Source: a bacterium (GTDB lineage: Bacteria > Vulcanimicrobiota > Xenobia > Xenobiales > Xenobiaceae). From it: DNA of 64,000 nt. The translations under genes were made by a program, and so were the position numbers. Shown here piece after piece: positions 12,001 to 18,961 of this stretch. The stretch's first letter is position 1. Each line of letters begins with the position of its first letter. Under the pieces are notes generated by a model. The model was not told where the DNA came from. It made no database searches and saw nothing but the letters and a program-made list of their open reading frames with translations. The DNA is taken from the NCBI GenBank assembly GCA_022839105.1, contig JALHDH010000004.1, forward strand, positions 2,062 through 66,061. Reading direction: 5' to 3'.

Positions 12001-12787
12001 CAGCGGCCCGACCGGCGTGCCCGACGAACACTGGAGTCCCTGGTCGACGATCCCGGGAGCTTCCACCGGAGCCCCCGTCCACTCCCCTCCAGACCGCTTC
12101 CTCCAACTCTCCGTGCTCCTCGATCCCGAAGAGGCCGACCCCATCCGAATCCAGAGCCTCGAGGTGGGCTTCGCCTCCCAGTCCGGCCCGCTCGGCCTGC
12201 GCTGGGTCGAGCCCGAGGGCTCCGAACGCTGGGCGGGGGCCCGGACCCTGAAGTGGCGATTGAGCCAGGGGGATCCCTCCAGGGTCTCCTGGGAGGTGGA
12301 GATCAGCCCCGACGGGGGAAGCACCTGGGTTTCCCTGGCCAGCAGCCGTCCCTTCCGCGGGCGCGAGCAGACCCTGGATCTGGAGACCTCGCGCTTCCCG
12401 GATGGACCCCACAGATTCCGCGTTTCCGCCTGGGATCGCCAGGCCCCCACCCTCAGCCGGGTGGAGAGCCTCTCGGGGACGATCCTGCTGGCCAACTCGA
12501 AGGCTCGAATCGCCTGGCTCTCAGGGCCGGGCTCAGGCCCTGTGCGGGGTCGGGTCCATCTGCCGGTGGCCGCCATCAGGGAGGTGCACTTCCGCAGGTC
12601 TCCCGCGGGTTCTTGGCTTCCGGCCACTCCGCTGGACGGACTCTTCGACTCGAACCGGGAGGATTTCGAGGTCCCCCCGGGGGAATTGACCCGTCTGGAG
12701 ATCCGCGTGAAGGATGAAGCGGGGAACGAGACCACCGTGGCCGGACCGCCCCCTCGGGGGAGGCCGGGCGAAGGAGAGGCCCGTTGA
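9062..12787 (+). CDS. Secreted SpoIVB-like peptidase S55 fused to a beta-propeller and Ig/FN3-like domains
   Basis: Signal peptide; GYGLTVFQGT...GIVAGMSGSPIY catalytic-Ser motif and ILAFGHP; C-terminal propeller repeats (VWALAPAPGGGVYAATG) and YRSPVLDA...WGQIRW. Confidence 0.8.
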   Translation: MMRNRRLAPRWTPLLLALLALLVPVSGPAAPDGTPTMRSSELRPGMQGYGLTVFQGTRITRFPITVLGVARGHLSGSDLVLIRVDGGHLVEQGIGIVAGMSGSPIYVQGRLIGAISYGWGFSKVPIGGVTPIHDMMAELPGPLAPIPQSAPWGAVGRLENPVTLEGRTYREIRISPRPQATPGQALELSPVGTLLQTSGLDQASIERLNRSLKELPLQAVQGFQGQRPATGIPPMVPGAAVGVPLLTGDIEVAATGTLTWRKDNSILAFGHPLAQLGEVQLPLSAAHIHTVLPSYQMSFKMASQLGLIGEMSRDRLWAIGGRLHAPVSMVPVQLVVHDPSRSQSRTWNMRAAQHRYLTPAVLSTATNYTVGSMSASMQASTADLHVRIQPQGQPPLELEDLVSGPGLANQVASRVESVLRRLVDNPFEPLKLDSIRIEARIVPRPLRASIQRIYTDRTEYRPGETVRLGIVLKPYDQEPQVREIPLSLPHDARPGKIRIGVGARESLGELAKTLNIEEPVPQDLSGLLEQIRGEERGGDLAIRTVLPGEGLKMGPHSLPLLPASWREALRSSSHSHLNSTAEILRSRLSTPWSLRGRATLELELKPAETTPVPKVPATEPTPTVVELPAGGHAWTLKPSAPGGEFLGAALDATGALMAGPPFQTLWRSSDDLIASLCPGPGEDLLAGLAGSGEVLRLVPGQAATLFGRTGSAAVLSLLRSEDGIWAGTAPDGNLVRWNLSGRPTLRVHLPGAYVWALAPAPGGGVYAATGMPGSVHLVEASGRTRRLWSGAAQHVRGLALLGDGRLLMATSQAGRVLRLDPASGEVETLLLSPSPDLEALAISGPHAWVASSDSLFRLCLESGAVQRIEAGNSPVLSLAGDASGGVWAGHADGSVLRIPVSGEALRMPASSKRPILALLSRPQGVLAARNLPVELLSFGPGLAPSEYRSPVLDARAPSHWGQIRWLGVPGSKKPRALRTRSGPTGVPDEHWSPWSTIPGASTGAPVHSPPDRFLQLSVLLDPEEADPIRIQSLEVGFASQSGPLGLRWVEPEGSERWAGARTLKWRLSQGDPSRVSWEVEISPDGGSTWVSLASSRPFRGREQTLDLETSRFPDGPHRFRVSAWDRQAPTLSRVESLSGTILLANSKARIAWLSGPGSGPVRGRVHLPVAAIREVHFRRSPAGSWLPATPLDGLFDSNREDFEVPPGELTRLEIRVKDEAGNETTVAGPPPRGRPGEGEAR

Positions 12788-14274
12788 ACCAGCCGGATCC
12801 AAGAGACCAGGCGGAACGCCGTCTTCCAGGCCTCCCCCCGCCACCCGTCACCGAGGAGGAGGAGCCCGCGCGCCGTTTCCCAGGCCTCCCCCCGCCACCC
12901 GTCCCCAAAGAGGAGATGCCCGCCATTCCGGCTCCCACCGGCCCGGATTCGCGGTCGAATTCGGCGCGGCTGGCCCTGGATGATCTGGAGGCCAAGGGCC
13001 TCTTCCTGGTGCGCCCCTCCAAGCCCGGCCCATCTCCCCAAGCCCCCGTCGCCCCCCTCTCCGGAACCCCAGGCCGGGGCTCCGACTGGAACCTCTTCAT
13101 CGGAACCTCGGCTGAGGCCGGACCCCTCGGGTCACTCCCCGGGCTCCCGGCGAAGGCCGACCCGTCTCCCCTGGCCGCCGACCCCACCCTGGACCGGACC
13201 GGGAAACCGCCGGAATACCGGGCCGCCGATCTGCTGGTCGACGAAATGGCTGGAAACGTCCGCCACGAACGCTTCCAGGACTTCATCCGCCGATTCGAGA
13301 GGCCCGTCGAAGCGCACCGACGGGCCCTGGAGGATCTCTACCCTCCTGGGGTCGTGAACCTTTTCGACCGGAAGGCCTGGCAGGCCCTGATCGAAGGCTT
13401 CCAACGCGTGATTCCCAGCGCTCCGGAAGAGCCTGCGGCCTGGATGGGGCTGGCCCTGTGCGCCCTGGCCCAGAAGGACCTCAAGACGGCCAGCGCCTTG
13501 GCGGATCACGCTTTGGGGCTCGACGAGACCCTGGCGCTGGATCGCTTGCTGGCCGAAGTCCGCCCCACCGCTCCCAGGAACTGGCTACGCCTGGCCGAGG
13601 CCCTGGGGCGGCTCGGCCACCTCGAACCGGCGATGGACATCTGCAACCGGGTCGCCAGCGACCTGGAGACACCCGATCCGGTGCGTCGGCGCGCCCAGAA
13701 GACCCGCTCCAAGGTCCGCCACGACTATTTCCGGAACCGGGGGGAAGCCGATCCCGAGACGGGACGCGAGAGGTCCTCTCCCATCCGGGCGCTACGGGTC
13801 TTGGGGACGGTCCTGGCGGTCCTGGCCTGCCTGGGCCTGGCCTTCGCCGGCTTCGTCAAGGCCCGGACCGCCTTCTACCTGGAACGGGGGGAGACGCGCC
13901 TGGCGATGGCCCTGAACCTTGCCGAGAAGCTGGAGCGCCGCGAACCGGTCCCAGACCACAGGGTCTCCATCGAAGAGCATGTTGCGGCAGCCATGACCGA
14001 CTTCTCCGAAGCCCGCCGCTGGAACGACGCCCATGTCCGGGCCACCTTCCTCAACGCGGCTGCCGCCGATCTCCTGCTGGAGATCGGGAGGCTCCGCCGG
14101 GCCAGCGACAGGCGCTGGGACTCCAGAGGCTGGGCAGAGGCCCGCCAGACCCGGGACCGGGCCCATGCCGAGCTGGAACGGCTGGATCTGGACCCGACCC
14201 GACGAGCCGCCGAGGAAAAGGCTCTGGGCGACCTGAAGAAACGGGCCTCCCGCGGAGTCGACCTGGGCTTCTGA
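12784..14274 (+). CDS. TPR-containing membrane protein with Pro-rich N-terminus
   Basis: TTGA overlap with the upstream gene; TPR-like AWMGLALCALAQKDLKTA; transmembrane segment VLGTVLAVLACLGLAFAGF. Confidence 0.65.
   Translation: MNQPDPRDQAERRLPGLPPPPVTEEEEPARRFPGLPPPPVPKEEMPAIPAPTGPDSRSNSARLALDDLEAKGLFLVRPSKPGPSPQAPVAPLSGTPGRGSDWNLFIGTSAEAGPLGSLPGLPAKADPSPLAADPTLDRTGKPPEYRAADLLVDEMAGNVRHERFQDFIRRFERPVEAHRRALEDLYPPGVVNLFDRKAWQALIEGFQRVIPSAPEEPAAWMGLALCALAQKDLKTASALADHALGLDETLALDRLLAEVRPTAPRNWLRLAEALGRLGHLEPAMDICNRVASDLETPDPVRRRAQKTRSKVRHDYFRNRGEADPETGRERSSPIRALRVLGTVLAVLACLGLAFAGFVKARTAFYLERGETRLAMALNLAEKLERREPVPDHRVSIEEHVAAAMTDFSEARRWNDAHVRATFLNAAAADLLLEIGRLRRASDRRWDSRGWAEARQTRDRAHAELERLDLDPTRRAAEEKALGDLKKRASRGVDLGF
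12817..12915 (+). repeat. Two-copy in-frame tandem repeat (45-nt unit, 54-nt period) encoding RR(L/F)PGLPPPPV(T/P)(E/K)EE
   Basis: Copies at 12817-12861 and 12871-12915 are visible directly. Confidence 0.9.
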
Positions 14275-14349
14275 GCCTGAATCCGCCACCTACCGTGGCA
14301 TTCGGCCGCCGATCCGGGCCAGGCGGCGGATTCAGGCTGAGGGGACTCC

Positions 14350-14982
14350 TCAGGAATCCAGGGCCCGGACGAAGGGATTGCTCCTCTTCTCCTCTCCGAC
14401 GGTCGTGGCCGGACCGTGGCCGGGATGGAGGATCGTGTCGTCCGGCAGACTGTAGATCCGATTGCGGATCGAGCGCTGGAGCTGCCGGAAATCCCCTCCG
14501 GGCAGGTCGGTCCGGCCCACCGAACCGGCGAAGATCGTGTCGCCGACAAAGGCGTTCCCTCCGCTGAGGAGGACGACTCCACCGGGTGAGTGCCCGGGCG
14601 TATGCAAGACCTGGAAGACCAGGCTGCCCGCCCGGAAATCCGTTCCTTCCCGCAGTTCTCCATCCACCACGGGAATGGGACCGGGTTCCAGCCCGAAGAG
14701 CATGGCCTGCTGAGGCGCCGCCTGGATCAGCTCCAGATCCCCCGGGTGGGCATGGAGGGGAACGCCCAAGGCCTCCTTCACCTCCTGCGCGCGCATCACA
14801 TGATCCACATGACCGTGGGTCAGGAGCAAGGCCCGGATCGTCACCCCTTCGGTGCGGATCAGGTCCAGCAGTCTTCCGCTCTCATCCCCGGGATCGATCA
14901 GGACCCCATCCCGGGTCTCTTCATCGGCCACCAGGTAGCAGTTCATCTGGAAGGCCCCGACAGGGCAGGTGCGAATCAACAT
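14350..14982 (-). CDS. MBL-fold metallo-hydrolase (YcbL/glyoxalase II-like)
   Basis: THGHVDH motif, HTPGHSPG, GDTIFAGSVGRTDLPGG, PGHGPATT. Confidence 0.92.
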   Translation of the reverse strand: MLIRTCPVGAFQMNCYLVADEETRDGVLIDPGDESGRLLDLIRTEGVTIRALLLTHGHVDHVMRAQEVKEALGVPLHAHPGDLELIQAAPQQAMLFGLEPGPIPVVDGELREGTDFRAGSLVFQVLHTPGHSPGGVVLLSGGNAFVGDTIFAGSVGRTDLPGGDFRQLQRSIRNRIYSLPDDTILHPGHGPATTVGEEKRSNPFVRALDS

Positions 14983-15206
14983 GGGCCTCCCTTTCTCGAC
15001 CGGGGAGGTGGAACCCCTCCTGTCGGGACCGCCATTCGGAACAAAGGAGGAAGGCACGGGCCTGCGCCAGATCATCCCGCGGCCCGGAGCCGTTCCCTAT
15101 CCTGACCATGCCCGCAGAGCCCAAGGGACGCAGCCCCGTTCCGCGAAGGTTGCACCGATGCTCCGGGCAAAGCCCTCCGCCCCTGGCCGAGGCCCCGAGG
15201 AAGTCC

Positions 15207-17291
15207 ATGCCATCACTTCTCGACAATATCAAAGCCGTCCTGACCGGGATGAAGGTCACCCTCTCCAACTTCATGCGAAAGCCGGTGACGGTCCAGTATC
15301 CCTGGGACATGGACGAGATCCCCGCGAACTCGCGCGGAACCCTGCGCATGGTGGACTTTCACGACGAGTCGACCATCTCCGAGAAGAGCGCCTGGTACCC
15401 CGGCACGCGCTGGGCTCCCTGCACCGAGGGCTGCCCGGCCCATACCGACGCGCGCGGCTATGTCACGCTGGCGGGTGAGGGCAGATGGCAGGAGGGCCTG
15501 GACACCCTTCGCCGGACCTATCCCTTCGTCGGCACCCTGGGTCGAGTCTGCCCGGCTCCCTGCGAGAAGAAGTGCTCTCGGGGATTCACCGGCCCCGAGC
15601 CGATCGCGATTCGCAAGCTCAAGCGCGTCTTCTCGGACTGGGAGGGTTCCCTGCCCGAGGCGGAAAGATTTGATTACGAAAAGCATTGTTGCTCCACCCC
15701 CCTCTCCGGCAAGACCGTGGGAATCGTGGGAGCCGGACCGGCCGGCTACCAGGCGGCCATGCTGCTGCGCTCGTGGGGCTTCGAAATCTTCCTGTACGAA
15801 GCCCGGGCCCTGCCGGGAGGCTTCCTGACCCAGGGGATCCCCGTCTACCGCCTTCCCCGCCAGGTGGTCCACGAAGAGATGAGACGGATCCACTCGCTGC
15901 CCGGGATCCACCTGCAGTTGAACACCGAGATCGGTCAGGACCTGGCTTTCGAAGAGTTCGAGAAGCGCCACGACGAGGTGATCGTGGCGGCTGGGGCCTG
16001 GAAGCCCTATCGCCTGGGCCTGGAACTGGAGGAGAAACCCTGGGTCTGGTATGGAGAGGACTTCCTCGAGCACCAGATCCGGGGATTCCTGACCGAGGTC
16101 CCCTCCAAGGTGGTCGTCGTCGGAGGAGGCAACACGGGCTTCGACTGCGCCCGGACCTGCCGGCGCCTGGGCGCCGAGGTCACCATGATCTACCGGCGGA
16201 CCCGCAAGGAGATGCCCTCGGAGGATGAAGAGATCGAGGACGGCGAGGAGGAGGGCGTCCACATCCTGTGGTTGACCTCACCCAGCCGGATCGTCGTGGA
16301 AGACGGAAAGCTCAAAGGGCTCGAGGTCCTCCAGAACCGACTGGGCGCCAAGGACCGCTCGGGGCGACGGGCCCCCTTGCCCATCGAAGGTTCCGAACGG
16401 ATCCTGGAGTGCGGCATGGTGATCACCGCCCTGGGTCGGGAGGTCGACCTCCCCTGGCTTCCGAGCGATGTCCGGACCAACCGCAACGGGACCCTCGTCA
16501 CCGACGAGGAGGGCCGGACCACCCGGGAAGGAGTCTGGGCCTGCGGCGACGTGACCCGGGTCTCGACCATCATCGCCGCCATCGGCTCCGCCGACCGGGT
16601 GGCCCTGGGCATCGCCCGCAAGCACGGGGCGGCTCCCGAACGCTTCGACTTCCTCTACCCCTACCACAAGACCGGGACGGTCCCCCTTCAGGACGGCTCC
16701 TCGCCCGAGCCGACTTCCGGGGTGCTGCTCCGGCCCCAGGGCCTGGGCATGGTCCCCCACCCGGTCGACCTCCCGCTCGGGGACTCCACCCCCTACCAGA
16801 CCGAACCCCAGCAGAAGCCCTTCCGCGCCATGGGCCGGCAGAACCCCATGCCCAAGATCCCCGCCGAGGAACGGGCCTCAAACTTTGAAGAGGTGGAACT
16901 GGGCTTCCCGCTGGAGACGGCCCGCCTGGAAGGCCAGCGGTGTTATGGCTGCTCGGCGGAGATGTGCGTCGGATGCGGAGTCTGCGTCGATGCCTGCCCT
17001 GACGCCTGCATCTACCTGGAGTCCCGAGCCAACCCGGAAGGCTTCGAATCGGCCCGGATCTATTCGATCGATCTCTCCCGATGCTGCTACTGCGGGCTGT
17101 GCACCGAGGCTTGCCCCACCAAATCCCTGGTCATGACGGCCAACTTCGAGTTCTCGGTCTATGACAAGGCCGAGACCTACCTGACCAGGAATCGCCTGGA
17201 CCTGGGCCTGGTCCGGGCCGAGAAGAATCGAACCGGGCCCGCGGAATCCCCAGCCCACGCTCTCGAGCCCTCTCCGGAGCCGCAGGCCTGA
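15207..17291 (+). CDS. Chimeric oxidoreductase: NuoI-like N-terminus, GltD/NfnB-like FAD/NADPH flavoprotein and NuoI-like 2x[4Fe-4S] C-terminus
   Basis: N-term GMKVTLSNFMRKPVTVQYP..SRG. Middle PCTEGCP, LGRVCPAPCEKKC, VGAGPAG, VGGGNTGFDCAR..YRR. C-term CVGCGVCVDACP and IDLSRCCYCGLCTEACPTKSLVMTANFE. SD GAGGA before ATG 15207. Confidence 0.85.
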   Translation: MPSLLDNIKAVLTGMKVTLSNFMRKPVTVQYPWDMDEIPANSRGTLRMVDFHDESTISEKSAWYPGTRWAPCTEGCPAHTDARGYVTLAGEGRWQEGLDTLRRTYPFVGTLGRVCPAPCEKKCSRGFTGPEPIAIRKLKRVFSDWEGSLPEAERFDYEKHCCSTPLSGKTVGIVGAGPAGYQAAMLLRSWGFEIFLYEARALPGGFLTQGIPVYRLPRQVVHEEMRRIHSLPGIHLQLNTEIGQDLAFEEFEKRHDEVIVAAGAWKPYRLGLELEEKPWVWYGEDFLEHQIRGFLTEVPSKVVVVGGGNTGFDCARTCRRLGAEVTMIYRRTRKEMPSEDEEIEDGEEEGVHILWLTSPSRIVVEDGKLKGLEVLQNRLGAKDRSGRRAPLPIEGSERILECGMVITALGREVDLPWLPSDVRTNRNGTLVTDEEGRTTREGVWACGDVTRVSTIIAAIGSADRVALGIARKHGAAPERFDFLYPYHKTGTVPLQDGSSPEPTSGVLLRPQGLGMVPHPVDLPLGDSTPYQTEPQQKPFRAMGRQNPMPKIPAEERASNFEEVELGFPLETARLEGQRCYGCSAEMCVGCGVCVDACPDACIYLESRANPEGFESARIYSIDLSRCCYCGLCTEACPTKSLVMTANFEFSVYDKAETYLTRNRLDLGLVRAEKNRTGPAESPAHALEPSPEPQA

Positions 17292-17292
17292 G

Positions 17293-17889
17293 TTGAGCGC
17301 ACCGGAGCCTACCCCGCAGAGCCTCCTGGCCCGGCTCCAACCCGTCCTCGAAGAGGAGGGATTGGAGATCCAGGTCGTGGACCTTCGCGATGGCCTGGTC
17401 CATCTGAGAGGGCGGCGGGTCTCCCCGGGAGTGCCCATGGCCTTCATGGTCCGGGCCCTGGAAGGGACCTTCCGCCGCTATCTCTCCGGCTTCAAAGGGG
17501 TGGTCCTCGACGAATGGGAGGATCTCGAGGAGCGCAAGACCCCGCCCCGGGCCCTCGGGCCGATCATGCGAGGACTTCCCGGCCTGGATCTGACCGGGAC
17601 CGATCGCAGGGAGGCGGCCTCGGCCCTGGACATCTTCGCCGGGATGTTGCGCCGGCAGGGCGCTCGCCGCGCGCGCCTGCTGGGCGTCGGGCAGGGGGGG
17701 GCCGAGCAGGCCCTCGAGAAATGGCTGGCGATCCACCGTGAAGCGGGAGACCTCGGGCACCCCGAAGCCGGGCATCGGGGCCGGTGGATCCTGCATCTCG
17801 GGCAGGCCTGTGAAGATCCCGGGACCTGCGGCAGCGACGAATCGGGCGAGACCCTTCCCGCCGGAATCCTGCTGGCCGGTCAGCCCTGA
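17293..17889 (+). CDS. NifU C-terminal-like domain protein lacking the CxxC motif
   Basis: LQPVLEEEGLEIQVVDLRDGLVHLRG follows the NifU pattern (RPxLxxDGGDVELVDVxDGxVxVRL); abuts the upstream gene. Confidence 0.5.
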   Translation: MSAPEPTPQSLLARLQPVLEEEGLEIQVVDLRDGLVHLRGRRVSPGVPMAFMVRALEGTFRRYLSGFKGVVLDEWEDLEERKTPPRALGPIMRGLPGLDLTGTDRREAASALDIFAGMLRRQGARRARLLGVGQGGAEQALEKWLAIHREAGDLGHPEAGHRGRWILHLGQACEDPGTCGSDESGETLPAGILLAGQP

Positions 17890-18452
17890 TCCGACAGGAG
17901 CGGTGAGGGTCGGGAGCGCGGACGACGCTTCCGCGGACGCCCCTGGCGCTGAGCCTCGGGAAGCCTTCCCGAAAGACCCTCGCGGATCAAGCCGAGAAGA
18001 CCGAGGGCCCTCTCGTCCGCCCCGGAAGATTCCATCCGGTCCAGGTAGTCCGCCATCGCGGGAACCAGACGGAGCTGCACCGCGCTGAGCTGGTCGGCCG
18101 CCAGCATGGAGCGCGATTTCCAGCTTCTGCTGCGCAGATCCCAGAACAGGTCGCTCGGGTCGTAGTAGTAGGGAGCCGGCAGGCCATTGAGCTTCTCCCG
18201 CAGGGAAGGGACCGAGAAACCCTGCTCTTCGATCATGCCCTTGATGAAGGCCATCTCCACCAGGTCCGACCGGGTATAGCGTCGCGAACGTCCTTCATGG
18301 GGATATTCCGGGTGGAGCAGGCCCTGGCTCTCCCAGTACTGGATCACGCGGGTGCTCACCTCCAAGGCCCTGGCCGCATCGGCCTGGCTGAGGTACAGGA
18401 CCATCCCGTCAAAGAGTTCGAGCTGGGCGTCCGGGCGAACTCGCGGTATCAC
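17880..18452 (-). CDS. MerR-family HTH transcriptional regulator (start uncertain: GTG 18452 or ATG 18404)
   Basis: YLSQADAARALEVSTRVIQYWESQGLLHP...RRYTRSDL is a MerR winged-HTH pattern. Confidence 0.85.
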   Translation of the reverse strand: MIPRVRPDAQLELFDGMVLYLSQADAARALEVSTRVIQYWESQGLLHPEYPHEGRSRRYTRSDLVEMAFIKGMIEEQGFSVPSLREKLNGLPAPYYYDPSDLFWDLRSRSWKSRSMLAADQLSAVQLRLVPAMADYLDRMESSGADERALGLLGLIREGLSGRLPEAQRQGRPRKRRPRSRPSPLLSDQG

Positions 18453-18487
18453 GCCCAAGGGATTCGTCAGGCCCGGGTCTTGCTCCC

Positions 18488-18558
18488 TTCTCCACACCTG
18501 CTGTCCACATATGCACAAGACTTGTGCATATGTGGACAAGCTGTGTGAATGTGGACAC
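18488..18558. promoter_or_regulatory. DnaA-box-like array containing a perfect 18-bp inverted repeat (18502-18519 / 18521-18538)
   Basis: TGTCCACATATGCACAAG-A-CTTGTGCATATGTGGACA. Nonamers TTCTCCACA, CTGTCCACA, ATATGCACA and inverted TGTGCATAT, TGTGGACAA, TGTGGACAC resemble TT(A/G)TNCACA. Confidence 0.65.
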
Positions 18559-18567
18559 AGAAAGTTG

Positions 18568-18595
18568 TTGACATGGCCCATGCAGGGTGTATAAT
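18568..18595 (+). promoter_or_regulatory. Consensus sigma70 promoter TTGACA-N16-TATAAT
   Basis: TTGACA at 18568-18573 and TATAAT at 18590-18595. Confidence 0.85.
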
Positions 18596-18601
18596 GAAAT
18601 C

Positions 18602-18737
18602 ACCTCGAGCATCGAGCCGGACGGCTCTGCAAGAGGAGCGCCGCGAAGGGTTCCCTGGCCCGAAGCGTCGCAGTGGTTCCTCCTATATCCCTTCATGTGC
18701 CCCCTCCGACTCACAATCCGGGGGGCCTTCTTTTTTC
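18602..18737 (+). ncRNA. Candidate ~135-nt small RNA of unrecognised family
   Basis: Bounded by the consensus promoter and a hairpin plus U-tract; no credible SD-ATG ORF; several stems, with G-U pairs on the plus strand. Confidence 0.5.
18699..18737 (+). terminator. Intrinsic terminator, possibly bidirectional
   Basis: GCCCCCTCCG...CGGGGGGC hairpin followed by CTTCTTTTTT. Confidence 0.7.
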
Positions 18738-18743
18738 CAGGGA

Positions 18744-18912
18744 CAGGAGGCAGACGATGCCGGCCCGGTCCTGCTTTTAAACGCCGTCAGCAGGCCTTCT
18801 TGGCAGCCGTGGCGAGTCCAAGGCTCTTCGCACGCCTCTCTGGGCTGGCGTCCGCCGCTCGAAAGCCTGGTGAGAAGGTCGGGGGTTCCAGGCACGACAA
18901 CAAGCCCCCGGT
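18744..18912 (-). ncRNA. ssrS: Probable 6S RNA
   Basis: On the minus strand it folds into an extended hairpin: GGGGGC/GCCUCC closing stem, GUGCC/GGCAU, a central bubble with UUUAAAA on the 3' side, then CAGGCUUUC/GAAGGCCUG and GCGGC/GCUGC. Four G-U pairs would be A-C mismatches on the plus strand. Confidence 0.55.
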
Positions 18913-18916
18913 GTGA

Positions 18917-18961
18917 GATCCGGTTTAAAACAGTGCACTGATCCGGCCTAAAATGGTGCAC
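18917..18961. repeat. Tandem 22-bp direct repeat (18/22 identical, 23-bp period) with CAGTGCACTG palindrome at 18931-18940
   Basis: GATCCGGTTTAAAACAGTGCAC versus GATCCGGCCTAAAATGGTGCAC. Confidence 0.75.

Noticed and set aside
18746-18780. Micro-ORF MPARSCF with AGGAGG SD and a TTT-TAA-A possible shift site
   Set aside because: It lies just past a terminator, and the SD and ATG are the complement of the 6S-like closing stems. The TTTAAAC heptamer is out of frame for -1 slippage.
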